From the NCBI GenBank assembly GCA_046758705.1, contig JBHIAT010000033.1, positions 1 through 26,231 of the forward strand: 26,231 nucleotides of DNA. Direction: 5' to 3'. This DNA comes from Candidatus Bipolaricaulia bacterium. Lineage in GTDB: Bacteria > Bipolaricaulota > Bipolaricaulia > JBHIAT01. A program made the translations under genes and the position numbers. The notes beneath the pieces are model-generated. The model was not told the DNA's origin and made no database searches. It saw only the letters and a program-made list of their open reading frames with translations. Below, in pieces: positions 1 to 10,144 of this stretch (position 1 is its first letter; each line of letters starts with the position of its first letter).

Positions 1-2
1 AA

Positions 3-1445
3 CGGATCAAGGAGACGATCGAGCGGTTTGAGATGGTTAAGCTGGGGGATCGGGTCCTGGTCGCCGTCTCGGGCGGTGTGGACTCGATCGTTCTGTTGCA
101 TAGCCTCTATGAGCTCCGTGGTGAGCTTGGGATCACGCTGGCGGTTGCCCATCTCGATCACCGATTCCGCCGGGAGGCGTCCCGGGAAGATGCCCGGTTC
201 GTGGCCCGGGAGGCCGAGCGGTTGAAACTAGCCTGCATCGTAGATAGGATCGACGTACCCGCCTACATCCGTGACCAGAAATGCTCGCAGGAGGCCGGGG
301 CCCGCGAGGTACGCTACCGGTTCCTCAAGCGGGCCGCCGCTGAGGTCGAAGCGGACCGGGTCGCGCTCGGGCACCACCTGGACGACCAGGTGGAGACATT
401 CTTCGCCCAGCTGCTGCGCGGTGCCGGGCTGAGCGGGCTGAAGGGTATGGAGCCGGTCCGGGGGCGGTATGTGCGGCCGCTGATCCGCTGCTCACGTGAG
501 CAGATCGAGGCGTTCGCCCGAAAGCGCCAGCTGAGCTACCGGGAGGACCGGAGCAATCGAGAGCTCAGCTATCTGAGGAATCGGATCCGCTGGGAGATTC
601 TCCCGTTGCTGGAACGCTACAATCCCAACCTGCGGGGAACGATCGCCCGGACCGAGGAGATCGTTCGAAACGTCCATGGGTATCTGGAACGGGTCGTAAG
701 TCGGAAGTTCCGGGGTGCCGTGTTGGAGAGCGGCACCGGGTCGATCACCCTGGACCGGGAGCGGTTGCTCGACGAGGCGGAGGTCATCGCCGAGATGCTC
801 ATCAGGGAGGCGATTCGACGTATCAAAGGGGATCTCAACGGGATCAAGTTCGTCCACGTCCAGGACGTGTTGAACCAGTTGGCTAAGGAGAGGTCACGAG
901 CCGAGCTCGATCTGCCCGGGATCAAGTTCGAGCGGCGCGGGCGGGAGGTGACGTTTCGCCGATCGGTCAGGGAGGGGGAGGAACAGGAAACCGCAGCCGG
1001 CCGTGAACCCTATGAGTTTCCCCTGGATCTGGATCGAGATAACCGCCTCGAGGGAATCGACTGGCGCTTCAGCTTTGAGGTGGTAACACGGGCGAACGGT
1101 GCGCCGTTCGAGCTTCCCGACGACCCCTTGCAGGCGTTCATCGATATGGATACAATAGAGAAGCCCTTGATCATCAGGAACCGGCGCTCGGGCGATCGGC
1201 TCGTCCCGCTGGGGATGACGGGAACCAAGAAGCTGAAGGATTTTCTGATAGACGCACGGATCCCCCATCATGAGCGGGATGGCATCCCGTTGCTCTGTGA
1301 TCGAAACGGTATCGTCTGGGTTGTCGGCCTACGGATCGATGACCGCCATAAGGTCAGATCGGAGACGGAGCAGGTGCTTCACATCACTGCGTTCCGGTAT
1401 GGAATGAGCAACTCGATAGCAGAGGGGAAGGAGAAGAACCGATGA
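3..1445 (+). CDS. tilS: tRNA(Ile)-lysidine synthetase, 5'-truncated by the window edge
   Basis: PP-loop SGGVDS, HLDH, GHHLDDQVET, RPL, D.SN...YLRN.IR and C-terminal R...GDR..P.G..G.KKLKD motifs. The frame is open from position 3 (RIKETIERFEM...), so the true start probably lies upstream of the window. Confidence 0.96.
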   Translation, partial: RIKETIERFEMVKLGDRVLVAVSGGVDSIVLLHSLYELRGELGITLAVAHLDHRFRREASREDARFVAREAERLKLACIVDRIDVPAYIRDQKCSQEAGAREVRYRFLKRAAAEVEADRVALGHHLDDQVETFFAQLLRGAGLSGLKGMEPVRGRYVRPLIRCSREQIEAFARKRQLSYREDRSNRELSYLRNRIRWEILPLLERYNPNLRGTIARTEEIVRNVHGYLERVVSRKFRGAVLESGTGSITLDRERLLDEAEVIAEMLIREAIRRIKGDLNGIKFVHVQDVLNQLAKERSRAELDLPGIKFERRGREVTFRRSVREGEEQETAAGREPYEFPLDLDRDNRLEGIDWRFSFEVVTRANGAPFELPDDPLQAFIDMDTIEKPLIIRNRRSGDRLVPLGMTGTKKLKDFLIDARIPHHERDGIPLLCDRNGIVWVVGLRIDDRHKVRSETEQVLHITAFRYGMSNSIAEGKEKNR

Positions 1446-2761
1446 TTACCGTTCTGATCTTTATTGGCACCCTGGCGTTTCTGATCGTTATCCACGAGTG
1501 GGGCCACTTTGCAGTCGCCAAGTGGGCCGGTGTCTGGGTTCATCGGTTCGCCGTCGGCTTCGGACCGAAGCTGTGGAGTTATCAGGGCAAGGAGACGGAG
1601 TACTCGATCCGGGCGTTGCCGTTCGGTGGCTACGTCCAGATGGCCGGCGAGGACAGCCAGGGCAACGAACGGGACGCGAGCATCCCCGAGGATCGGAGGT
1701 TCTACAAAAAATCTCCGCTCCAGCGAATGGCGATCGTCTCGGCCGGTCCATTGATGAACCTGATCGCAGCGGTGGTGATCATGATCGCTGTGGCCGGGGC
1801 GATCGGGGTCCCGTTCATCGAAGTGACCGACTTCACCGAGAACAGCCCCGCTGCGAGCAAACTCCAAGTCGGCGATCGGATCGTCCGGGTCGACGGCCGG
1901 GAGATCTACTTCACCGACCAGCTGCAAGGGATCATTCAGAGCCGCGGCGCGGAGCCGTTGGAAGTGGTGGTCCAACGCGGCGATGAGCAGCTGACGTTCA
2001 CGATCCAGCCGAGATGGTTTCCCGATCAGGGGCGGTATCTCATCGGGATCGTTTTCCCGGTGCCTGCGATCGCTACCACCAACGAGATCAGGGGACTGGA
2101 TGAAGATGCGTTCCTCAAAGCCCAGGGGTTGAGAGCCGGCGATCGGATCGTCAGTATCGGCGACCAACCAGTGATCAGCTACCTCAGCAACTTCATACCG
2201 GCGGTGGAGGTGGCGCTGGAAGAAAGCCGGATGCTAGAACTGGAGATCCTGCGGGAGGACAGGGTCATCCCGCAGACGATCGATCTGAGCACAGCGGCGC
2301 TGACACTGGAGGAGGTATTGGACGGCACTCGGCCGGTGATTGCGACGCGCCGGTCCGGATTCATCGACAGCTTCTCCGTCGGGTTCGCGCAGATCAGGGC
2401 GACGTTTAGTGCTCTGTCTCGTGGAGTTCGGGGGATCTTCGGAGGTGAGATCAGGCCGGGGGAGGCGGTCGGTGGCCCGATCGAGATCGCCAGGCTGCTC
2501 GGCCGTGGCTTCAATCAAGGGGCGCTCATCTTCTTCACCCTGGTTGCTTTCCTCAGCCTGAACCTGGGTCTCATCAACCTGATCCCGTTCCCGGCGCTCG
2601 ATGGCAGTCGGATCGTCTTCATCCTCTACGAGATGGTCCGCGGTCGACCGATCCCGCCGCAACGCGAGGGCCTGGTCCACTATATCGGGTTCATCATCCT
2701 GATCGGGTTGATGCTGCTCATCACCTTCAAGGACATCCTGCGGTTGCTGCCAGGACGATGA
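1442..2761 (+). CDS. rseP: Site-2 (M50) intramembrane zinc metalloprotease RseP with two PDZ-like domains
   Basis: HEWGH zinc motif, F.VGFGP, PFGGYV, AGP.MN, two GDRIV PDZ motifs and NLIPFPALDG. ATGA overlap with the tilS stop. Confidence 0.95.
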   Translation: MITVLIFIGTLAFLIVIHEWGHFAVAKWAGVWVHRFAVGFGPKLWSYQGKETEYSIRALPFGGYVQMAGEDSQGNERDASIPEDRRFYKKSPLQRMAIVSAGPLMNLIAAVVIMIAVAGAIGVPFIEVTDFTENSPAASKLQVGDRIVRVDGREIYFTDQLQGIIQSRGAEPLEVVVQRGDEQLTFTIQPRWFPDQGRYLIGIVFPVPAIATTNEIRGLDEDAFLKAQGLRAGDRIVSIGDQPVISYLSNFIPAVEVALEESRMLELEILREDRVIPQTIDLSTAALTLEEVLDGTRPVIATRRSGFIDSFSVGFAQIRATFSALSRGVRGIFGGEIRPGEAVGGPIEIARLLGRGFNQGALIFFTLVAFLSLNLGLINLIPFPALDGSRIVFILYEMVRGRPIPPQREGLVHYIGFIILIGLMLLITFKDILRLLPGR

Positions 2762-2763
2762 CG

Positions 2764-3399
2764 CTAACGCGAATCCGCCCTGATGATCCGCTTAACCATC
2801 TTAAGTCGGTAGATATTCTCCCGGGTGAGTTGGGCCAGCGTATCCTCGATGTACTTCTGCTGTGCCTCCAGGTCGGGGATGGTGTTCTCCTCCAGTGAGT
2901 TGATCTTGCGGTTCAGCCGTCGGATCTCCTCGCCGATCCTCTTGAGGTTGTGTTCCAGGTGAACGATCTTTAACAGATCCTCTAACAGCGATTCGAACGC
3001 CCTGGCCACTCGATCGATGCGGACGCTGACGTTGGCCGGGTTGTAGCCTCGGGAGAGCAGATCCCGTGTCAACGTTTGGGAGCCCACCTCAAAGATCGGG
3101 GTCCCCATGAGGTTGTCTTTTGAGATCTCCAGTTCGATATCCCGCCGGGTGGCCAGGGCGATCGACTTGACCGCGACCGAGCCGTCCCGGGCCTTGGTCA
3201 GCCTCAGCGCGTCAGCCCCACCCTTCAATGTCCCCAACAGCACTTCTCGATGCTGCTGATAGACGCGCACCATCTCCAGGAAGCGTTTCAGCAGCGTCTG
3301 CTTCTTCTTCTCCAGGATCTCCTTCCCCTGCTTAGCGAGCTTGATCTCCGCTTTGATCCTTAACAGCTCTTCTTTGGTGGCACTGACCTTCGTCGCCAT
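2764..3399 (-). CDS. atpD: A/V-type ATP synthase subunit D (central stalk)
   Basis: TK.EL...K..L...G..IL..K N-terminal helix and RKINSLE...IP motif; last gene of the operon. Confidence 0.93.
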   Translation of the reverse strand: MATKVSATKEELLRIKAEIKLAKQGKEILEKKKQTLLKRFLEMVRVYQQHREVLLGTLKGGADALRLTKARDGSVAVKSIALATRRDIELEISKDNLMGTPIFEVGSQTLTRDLLSRGYNPANVSVRIDRVARAFESLLEDLLKIVHLEHNLKRIGEEIRRLNRKINSLEENTIPDLEAQQKYIEDTLAQLTRENIYRLKMVKRIIRADSR

Positions 3400-3408
3400 A
3401 GTGTTCCC

Positions 3409-4779
3409 CTACAGGTATTTGTCCAGGTACTTGTCCTCGAGCCGCCTCAGCTCGTTGCGCGGCAGCTTCGCAATCAGCTGCCACCCGCTCTCCAGACTCT
3501 CCTCCAGGCTTCTCGCCGCGTCTCCTTGATCGATGAACTCCGTTTCGAACCGCTCCGAGAACTCGAGGACCTTGCGTTCGGTTGCATCCAGACCCTCGTC
3601 ACCGATGATCGCGGTGAGCTTCTCCAGATCCTTCCCCTCGGCGTAGAGGGCGTAGAGCTGATCCGCCAACTGGCGGTGATCTTCCCTTGTTTTTCCCTCA
3701 CCGATCCCCTGGTTCATCAACCGGGACAGGCTAGGGAGCACGTTGATCGGCGGATAGAAGCCCTTGCGATCGAGTTCACGGATTAGCAGGATCTGGCCCT
3801 CGGTGATGTAGCCGGTGAGATCGACGACCGGATGGGTGATGTCGTCATTGGGCATCGTCAGGATCGGTATCTGGGTGATCGAGCCTGGCGTGTCCTGTAG
3901 CACGCCGGCGCGTTCGTAGATCGACGCCAGATCGGTGTACAGATAGCCGGGGTAGCCGCCACGCCCCGGGATCTCCTCACGCGCCGAGCTGATCTCTCGC
4001 AGCGCGTTGGCGTAGTTGAGCATATCGGTAAGTATCACCAGCACATCCCGGCCGAGGTCGAAGGCGAAGTACTCGGCCGTCGTCAGCGCCATCCGTGGGG
4101 TCAGCGTCCGTTCGATCGTCGGGTCGTCGGCCAGGTTCAGAAACAACACACTGTTGGCCAACGCACCGCTCTCCTCGAACTCCCGACGGAAGAAGTTGTA
4201 CTCCCGATGGGTGATCCCCATGCCGGCGAACACGACCACCAGCGCCCCTTCGGATTGAGCGATGACCTGCCGGGCGATCTGGGCTGCCAGGCGGTTCGCT
4301 GGTAGACCTGAGCCGGTGAAGATCGGGAGCTTCTGCCCCTTGACCAGCGTGTTCATCAGGTCGAGGGTCGAGATGCTGGTCTCGATCCACTCGGTGAGAT
4401 AGGCCCGCGCCGTCGGGTTGATCGGGTTCCCGGTCACGCTGCGCTCAACCTCAGGAAAAACTTCACCCAGTCCGTCCCGCGGCCGGCCACTCCCGTTGAA
4501 GATCCGCCCGAGCAACTCCTCGGAGAGCGGCATGCGAACCACATCTCCGCTGAAGAAGACCTCGGTTGCCTGTTTGTCGAGGCCGTCGCTCCCCTCGAAG
4601 ACCTGGATGACGATCACATCCTCCCCAACCTCGAGCACCTGACCGCCTTTGCGGTTCCTGGCACGGTCGACCAGGGTGACCCGCTCGTTGAACTTCACGC
4701 CCGCGATCCCTTCCAGGAAGACGAGCGGTCCAGAGATATTCTGTACCTTGCGGTACGACTTGGAAGCGAGTTTCGCCAT
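3409..4779 (-). CDS. atpB: A/V-type ATP synthase subunit B
   Basis: ISGPLV, GQKLPIF.GSGLP.N.LA.QI, TPRMALT.AE, PGRGGYPGYLYTDL, PNDDITHP and PPINVLPSLSRLM motifs. Confidence 0.98.
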   Translation of the reverse strand: MAKLASKSYRKVQNISGPLVFLEGIAGVKFNERVTLVDRARNRKGGQVLEVGEDVIVIQVFEGSDGLDKQATEVFFSGDVVRMPLSEELLGRIFNGSGRPRDGLGEVFPEVERSVTGNPINPTARAYLTEWIETSISTLDLMNTLVKGQKLPIFTGSGLPANRLAAQIARQVIAQSEGALVVVFAGMGITHREYNFFRREFEESGALANSVLFLNLADDPTIERTLTPRMALTTAEYFAFDLGRDVLVILTDMLNYANALREISSAREEIPGRGGYPGYLYTDLASIYERAGVLQDTPGSITQIPILTMPNDDITHPVVDLTGYITEGQILLIRELDRKGFYPPINVLPSLSRLMNQGIGEGKTREDHRQLADQLYALYAEGKDLEKLTAIIGDEGLDATERKVLEFSERFETEFIDQGDAARSLEESLESGWQLIAKLPRNELRRLEDKYLDKYL

Positions 4780-4785
4780 CGGAGT

Positions 4786-6546
<1,761 letters not shown>

Positions 6547-6567
6547 TCTGCGGCCTCCTTCAATCGT

Positions 6568-6888
6568 TCAAGTATAAATCTTCCGGCCCAGATACCGCCT
6601 TGTCAACCGCTCGACATAGGTCGCTCCCGACTCCGCCTTGCGCAACGGGAGCGAGGCGAGGATCGGAAGCTCCCCGTCACCCCCGATGCGTGCCTCGAAC
6701 TGATCGATATAACGCTCGTCGACGAGCACGATCGCTACATCCTCCATCTCTGCGATCGCCGTGGCGATCTCCTCGATCCTCCGGTTGAGCTGGGCCTCGT
6801 TCGGATCGATCTCGAACACCGTCACCCCGGCGAGCCGAAAACCGTCGGCCAGGTCACTGTCGGTCACGATCACCGGTTTGTCTCTCAT
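6568..6888 (-). CDS. atpF: A/V-type ATP synthase subunit F (start corrected to ATG at 6888, 106 aa)
   Basis: V..D.D...GFRLAGV motif. The ATG at 6888 overlaps the atpC stop (ATGA). The track's 7044 start runs into atpC. Confidence 0.92.
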   Translation of the reverse strand: MRDKPVIVTDSDLADGFRLAGVTVFEIDPNEAQLNRRIEEIATAIAEMEDVAIVLVDERYIDQFEARIGGDGELPILASLPLRKAESGATYVERLTRRYLGRKIYT

Positions 6889-7952
6889 CTTATCCCGATC
6901 ATCTGCGCCTGGATCTCCTCTTTGGGAATCCTCCCCTCGATCCCGGTGGCGATCACTCGCAGGTTGATCGTCTCGACATACTTGCGCCAGATGTACGCGC
7001 AGGCCAGATGAATGTCGAACGGTCGACTGAGATCGATCGCACATTGCTCCACGAACAGATAGCGTTCCACCAGCTCTTGAAACGCCTCGGCGTCGGGTTG
7101 ACCGGCCTCCAGATCGAGATCGAGTTTCCTGGCATAGAAGGTACCCCGGAACAGCGTGAAGAACCGGTCGTGCGTGCCCGCATCGATCAACTGCTGGATG
7201 AAGTCGGTCGACAGCCGTTCGCCGCCGGGGATGATGTATCGGTACTTCTCCTCGGCCTCGACCGCCTCCTCGAGCACCCGAAGCGCATAGATGAGGTTGA
7301 GCAGATCGACCTCCGTTCCCAGCGCCGCCCGGATCAGCTCCGCGTTCTTCTCCATTTTGAACAGCCGCCGCTTCCGCCTGAGAAGGCGTCGAGAGTCCGA
7401 AAAGTAAGAGGCGTCGAGCGCGTGCTCCAGGAAGGCGAGGTTCCCGGTCTCGTTGTATTCACGTTGGGCGTCAAGCAGCGGTTGATAGTAGCGGCTGCCG
7501 ATCGTCAGCAGATAGTCGATAACCGTCCCGACATCCGGTTCGCGGGTCAGCTCCCGGTAGTAGCCCCGATCGTGGACGATCCTCGCTCTGAGGTTCTCCA
7601 GGATCTCGGCCTCGGATGCTCCGATGTGCTTGCCGCGCAGCACCGTTTTCAGGTTGAGGACTTCCCAACGGTCGAACACGATCCTGAGAAGCTCGCGAGG
7701 CCCCTCCGGGGCCATCCGATACAGCTTGCGGAAGATCCGTTCGTTGTGACGCACCAGCGCATCTTCGATGAGCGGGTACCCCGAGAATCGGACCGAGCTT
7801 CGCTCGATTTCCCGCCCGTAGTCCGTTTCGTCCAGGTAGTGAATGACGTCGGTCACGTCGTCCATGTCGAGCAACGCTCGATAGTCCCGGTCCCGGAGCA
7901 ACCGGGCCTTCAGCGCGTGGACTCGGGCGTTCAGATATTCGTAGCCAACCAT
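6885..7952 (-). CDS. atpC: A/V-type ATP synthase subunit C/d (start corrected to ATG at 7952, 355 aa)
   Basis: Y.YLNARV.ALK.RLL N-terminus, L.ETDYG, N LK..LRGK, E.D..N, PGG and E..NLR.I motifs. The ATG lies 4 nt after the atpE stop. Confidence 0.93.
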   Translation of the reverse strand: MVGYEYLNARVHALKARLLRDRDYRALLDMDDVTDVIHYLDETDYGREIERSSVRFSGYPLIEDALVRHNERIFRKLYRMAPEGPRELLRIVFDRWEVLNLKTVLRGKHIGASEAEILENLRARIVHDRGYYRELTREPDVGTVIDYLLTIGSRYYQPLLDAQREYNETGNLAFLEHALDASYFSDSRRLLRRKRRLFKMEKNAELIRAALGTEVDLLNLIYALRVLEEAVEAEEKYRYIIPGGERLSTDFIQQLIDAGTHDRFFTLFRGTFYARKLDLDLEAGQPDAEAFQELVERYLFVEQCAIDLSRPFDIHLACAYIWRKYVETINLRVIATGIEGRIPKEEIQAQMIGIR

Positions 7953-7956
7953 GTTA

Positions 7957-8538
7957 TTAATCCGCTTTGAACAGCTGCCGTCCCAGCTCCCTGAGGTAGG
8001 TCCGTTTGAGGTTCTCGATCCGGGTCTCCAGCCGATTATCGAGGCGGATCTCCTCGTCCTGGCTGGTTGCGATAAACCCGCCGAGCGTCTCAAGCGGTGT
8101 GTCGCCGATCTCGTGGGGCATGTCTTGGATCAACTCTCCGATCAACTCGCGGTCTCGGAGATCGATCTGCAGGCGTAGCGGGCCACCGATCTCGGCCTCC
8201 GCCTCCGCCAGCGCCGCCTTGAGAAAGGTTTTATATCGGTTGGTGGCTTGCCTCAACTGGGCAACCTCATCCACCAACTTGGCGAAGATCTCGTCGATGA
8301 CCTCCTGCTTCGCCCGGCTCACCGCCTGGTGGCTCCGAGCTCGGGCTTCGCCCAGGATGCGCTCCCGCTCCCGTTCGAGCTCCTGCCCGACCTGCTCTCG
8401 GTGAGCCCGCTCCCACGCCTCGACCGCGTTTCGGGCTTCGTCAACGAATCGTTGGGCCTCGGCCTCGGCCTCGGCCCTGGCGAGGATCGCCTGCACTTCC
8501 TGCTCTCCGGCTTTCTCGATCTGCTCTAGCAGTTCCAT
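7957..8538 (-). CDS. atpE: A/V-type ATP synthase subunit E (peripheral stalk)
   Basis: Ala/Glu-rich coiled coil followed by GG......DN.LE.R C-terminal domain; operon position between K and C. Confidence 0.9.
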   Translation of the reverse strand: MELLEQIEKAGEQEVQAILARAEAEAEAQRFVDEARNAVEAWERAHREQVGQELERERERILGEARARSHQAVSRAKQEVIDEIFAKLVDEVAQLRQATNRYKTFLKAALAEAEAEIGGPLRLQIDLRDRELIGELIQDMPHEIGDTPLETLGGFIATSQDEEIRLDNRLETRIENLKRTYLRELGRQLFKAD

Positions 8539-8548
8539 CGTCCCTGGG

Positions 8549-8854
8549 TTACCGGATCATCAGCGCGGTGACGAACCCGAGAATGACGACCGTCTCCGGG
8601 ATGGCGACCAGGATGATCGCGGTTCCGACCTGCCTGGGGTCCTCGGCGATCGTCCCGGCCATCGCCGCGCCGATCCGCGACTGGGCCCAGCCGGTCGCGA
8701 TGGCCGAGCCAAAGAACGCGAGCCCGGCGGCGAACGCCCTCATGCCGGCCGCGATGCCGACCTCTTCCTCTTCTCCTTCCTGTTGTGCCCACCCCACGGT
8801 AAAGACCACGGCGGTGACCAAAACGGGCAACAGGACGACAACGATACGCTTCAT
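8549..8854 (-). CDS. atpK: A/V-type ATP synthase proteolipid subunit K/c, single hairpin with N-terminal signal-peptide-like leader
   Basis: AQSRIGAA..G.IAED loop and PET ion-binding glutamate. AAGGGGG RBS upstream. Confidence 0.93.
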   Translation of the reverse strand: MKRIVVVLLPVLVTAVVFTVGWAQQEGEEEEVGIAAGMRAFAAGLAFFGSAIATGWAQSRIGAAMAGTIAEDPRQVGTAIILVAIPETVVILGFVTALMIR

Positions 8855-8867
8855 TGTCTACCCCCTT

Positions 8868-8894
8868 TCAAATTGTTTTGATCTCGACCCGCTT
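8868..8894 (-). other. Orphaned original 3' end of atpI (KRVEIKTI-stop) displaced by the IS630 insertion
   Basis: Joining 10145 to 8894 on the minus strand gives CCG CTG AAG CGG GTC GAG ATC AAA ACA ATT TGA in the atpI frame, ending directly before the atpK RBS. Confidence 0.8.
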
Positions 8895-10144
8895 ATGAAC
8901 ATTAAGAAATTAAATAGGTAACAATCCCACATAACGCAGCAAATCTGGTGAACCACACCGAAACTGGTCTAAGAAAGCCGCCACCCGCTGCTTCAGCTCC
9001 GGCCAGTCATCACTCTGCCGATGGAGATGCAAAATATCCTGGCTAAGCCAGCGCCACAGCTTCTCAATCGGGTTGCACCAAGACGCATAGGTGGGCAAAC
9101 AGAGAATTTGGATCGGCAGTTCGTCAGGCACGGCCTTCGCCGATGGCTCAGTCGGCCAATTCGGTGGCCGATAGAACGGATAGGGCCATGCCTGCGACTG
9201 AAGTCGAGCCAGCACGTCCGGATGGAAATGCACCGGCCAATTATCCTGGGTGGCGTAAATGATCTCCGCGTGCGGATAGACCGCACGAATATCCGCATAG
9301 AAGGCCGACAGTTGCTGGGTAGAGATCTTGCTACGTTGCCGATAGATCACCTTCCCGGTGCACGCATCCAGCGCAGCGACGATCCGAAACGCGGTATTGG
9401 TTCGGTAGCTCTGATACGCCAGCGGTTGCCGACGACCCGTGGCCTCATAGGCTGAAGCGAGGCGGGGTTGTCGATAGTAGGTCAGTTCATCCACGTACAA
9501 AAATACATAGCGCTCCGGATCGTATTTCGCCCGCAGACGCGCCAACTCGATCAGACTCAGTTTGTCGTCGTAGTGACGATCTGGACTATGGATGTAGGCC
9601 CGCCCCCGTTTGTAGCTGATGCCCAGCCGCTTCAGAAGCTGGGAGAGTCCTCCAGCGGTCGTGATGCGGAGCCAATCGCAGACCTGGCCCAGACGGTCCA
9701 ATGTCCAGCGACTCTGGAGGAAGCCGAACTGTGCCGGTTCGCGACGGACGACGTGCAAGATGGCCTCACGGGCCTGTTCATCCGTGTCGTGTTGAGGGGG
9801 AAAATGCGGGCTTGCGCCCCCGTCCTGGTTTGAGCAAGAGCCCTGGGAATCCTTCAGTCTGCCAGCGATGCACCCATTGGTAGATCGTGTCCGGTTGGCG
9901 TCGTTTGAGCAGTCCATGGTGAGCCACCTGACGCCCTGACCGACCATCGGCGATCTTGAGGATGGCGGCGGCCCGCTCTCGCACATGGGGCTTCTCGTGA
10001 GCATCACGTGCTGCCTCCAGTTCACGGCGTTGTTCCTCGGTGAGGATGATTTCCAGGGGTTTGGGCATGGTGTGATGTGGTTCCTCCCTTCTTTACCCAT
10101 GGATTTCACCCTCTATGTTACTCGTTTATTTCGTTAAAGTCCAT
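8895..10144 (-). mobile_element. IS630-family insertion sequence, 1250 bp
   Basis: Imperfect 20-bp terminal inverted repeats: ATGAACATTAAGAAATTAAA (8895-8914) versus the reverse complement of 10125-10144, ATGGACTTTAACGAAATAAA (15/20). Encodes an HTH + DDE transposase. Excision restores atpI. Confidence 0.9.
8910..10068 (-). CDS. IS630 transposase encoded as two overlapping ORFs (OrfA 9778-10068, HTH; OrfB, DDE) joined by a +1 frame change, about 385 aa fused
   Basis: OrfA has RA.AIL...G.S, T...W..RW...G..GL and GRKP motifs. OrfB has WT, L..LG.SYKR, YVDE, QDN...H and LPTYASWCNPIE.LW (D-D-E triad). The frames overlap at TTTTCCCCC. Confidence 0.88.

Noticed and set aside
8455-8476. (GGCCTC)x3.7 microsatellite in atpE as a phase-variation tract
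   Set aside because: In-frame hexamer encoding AEAEAEA in a coiled coil; copy changes would not shift the frame.
9805-10109. N-terminal part of the 399-aa ORF 8910-10109 as the real transposase start
   Set aside because: That stretch is not protein-like. The overlapping OrfA frame carries the IS630 HTH motifs and a GGAGG upstream.
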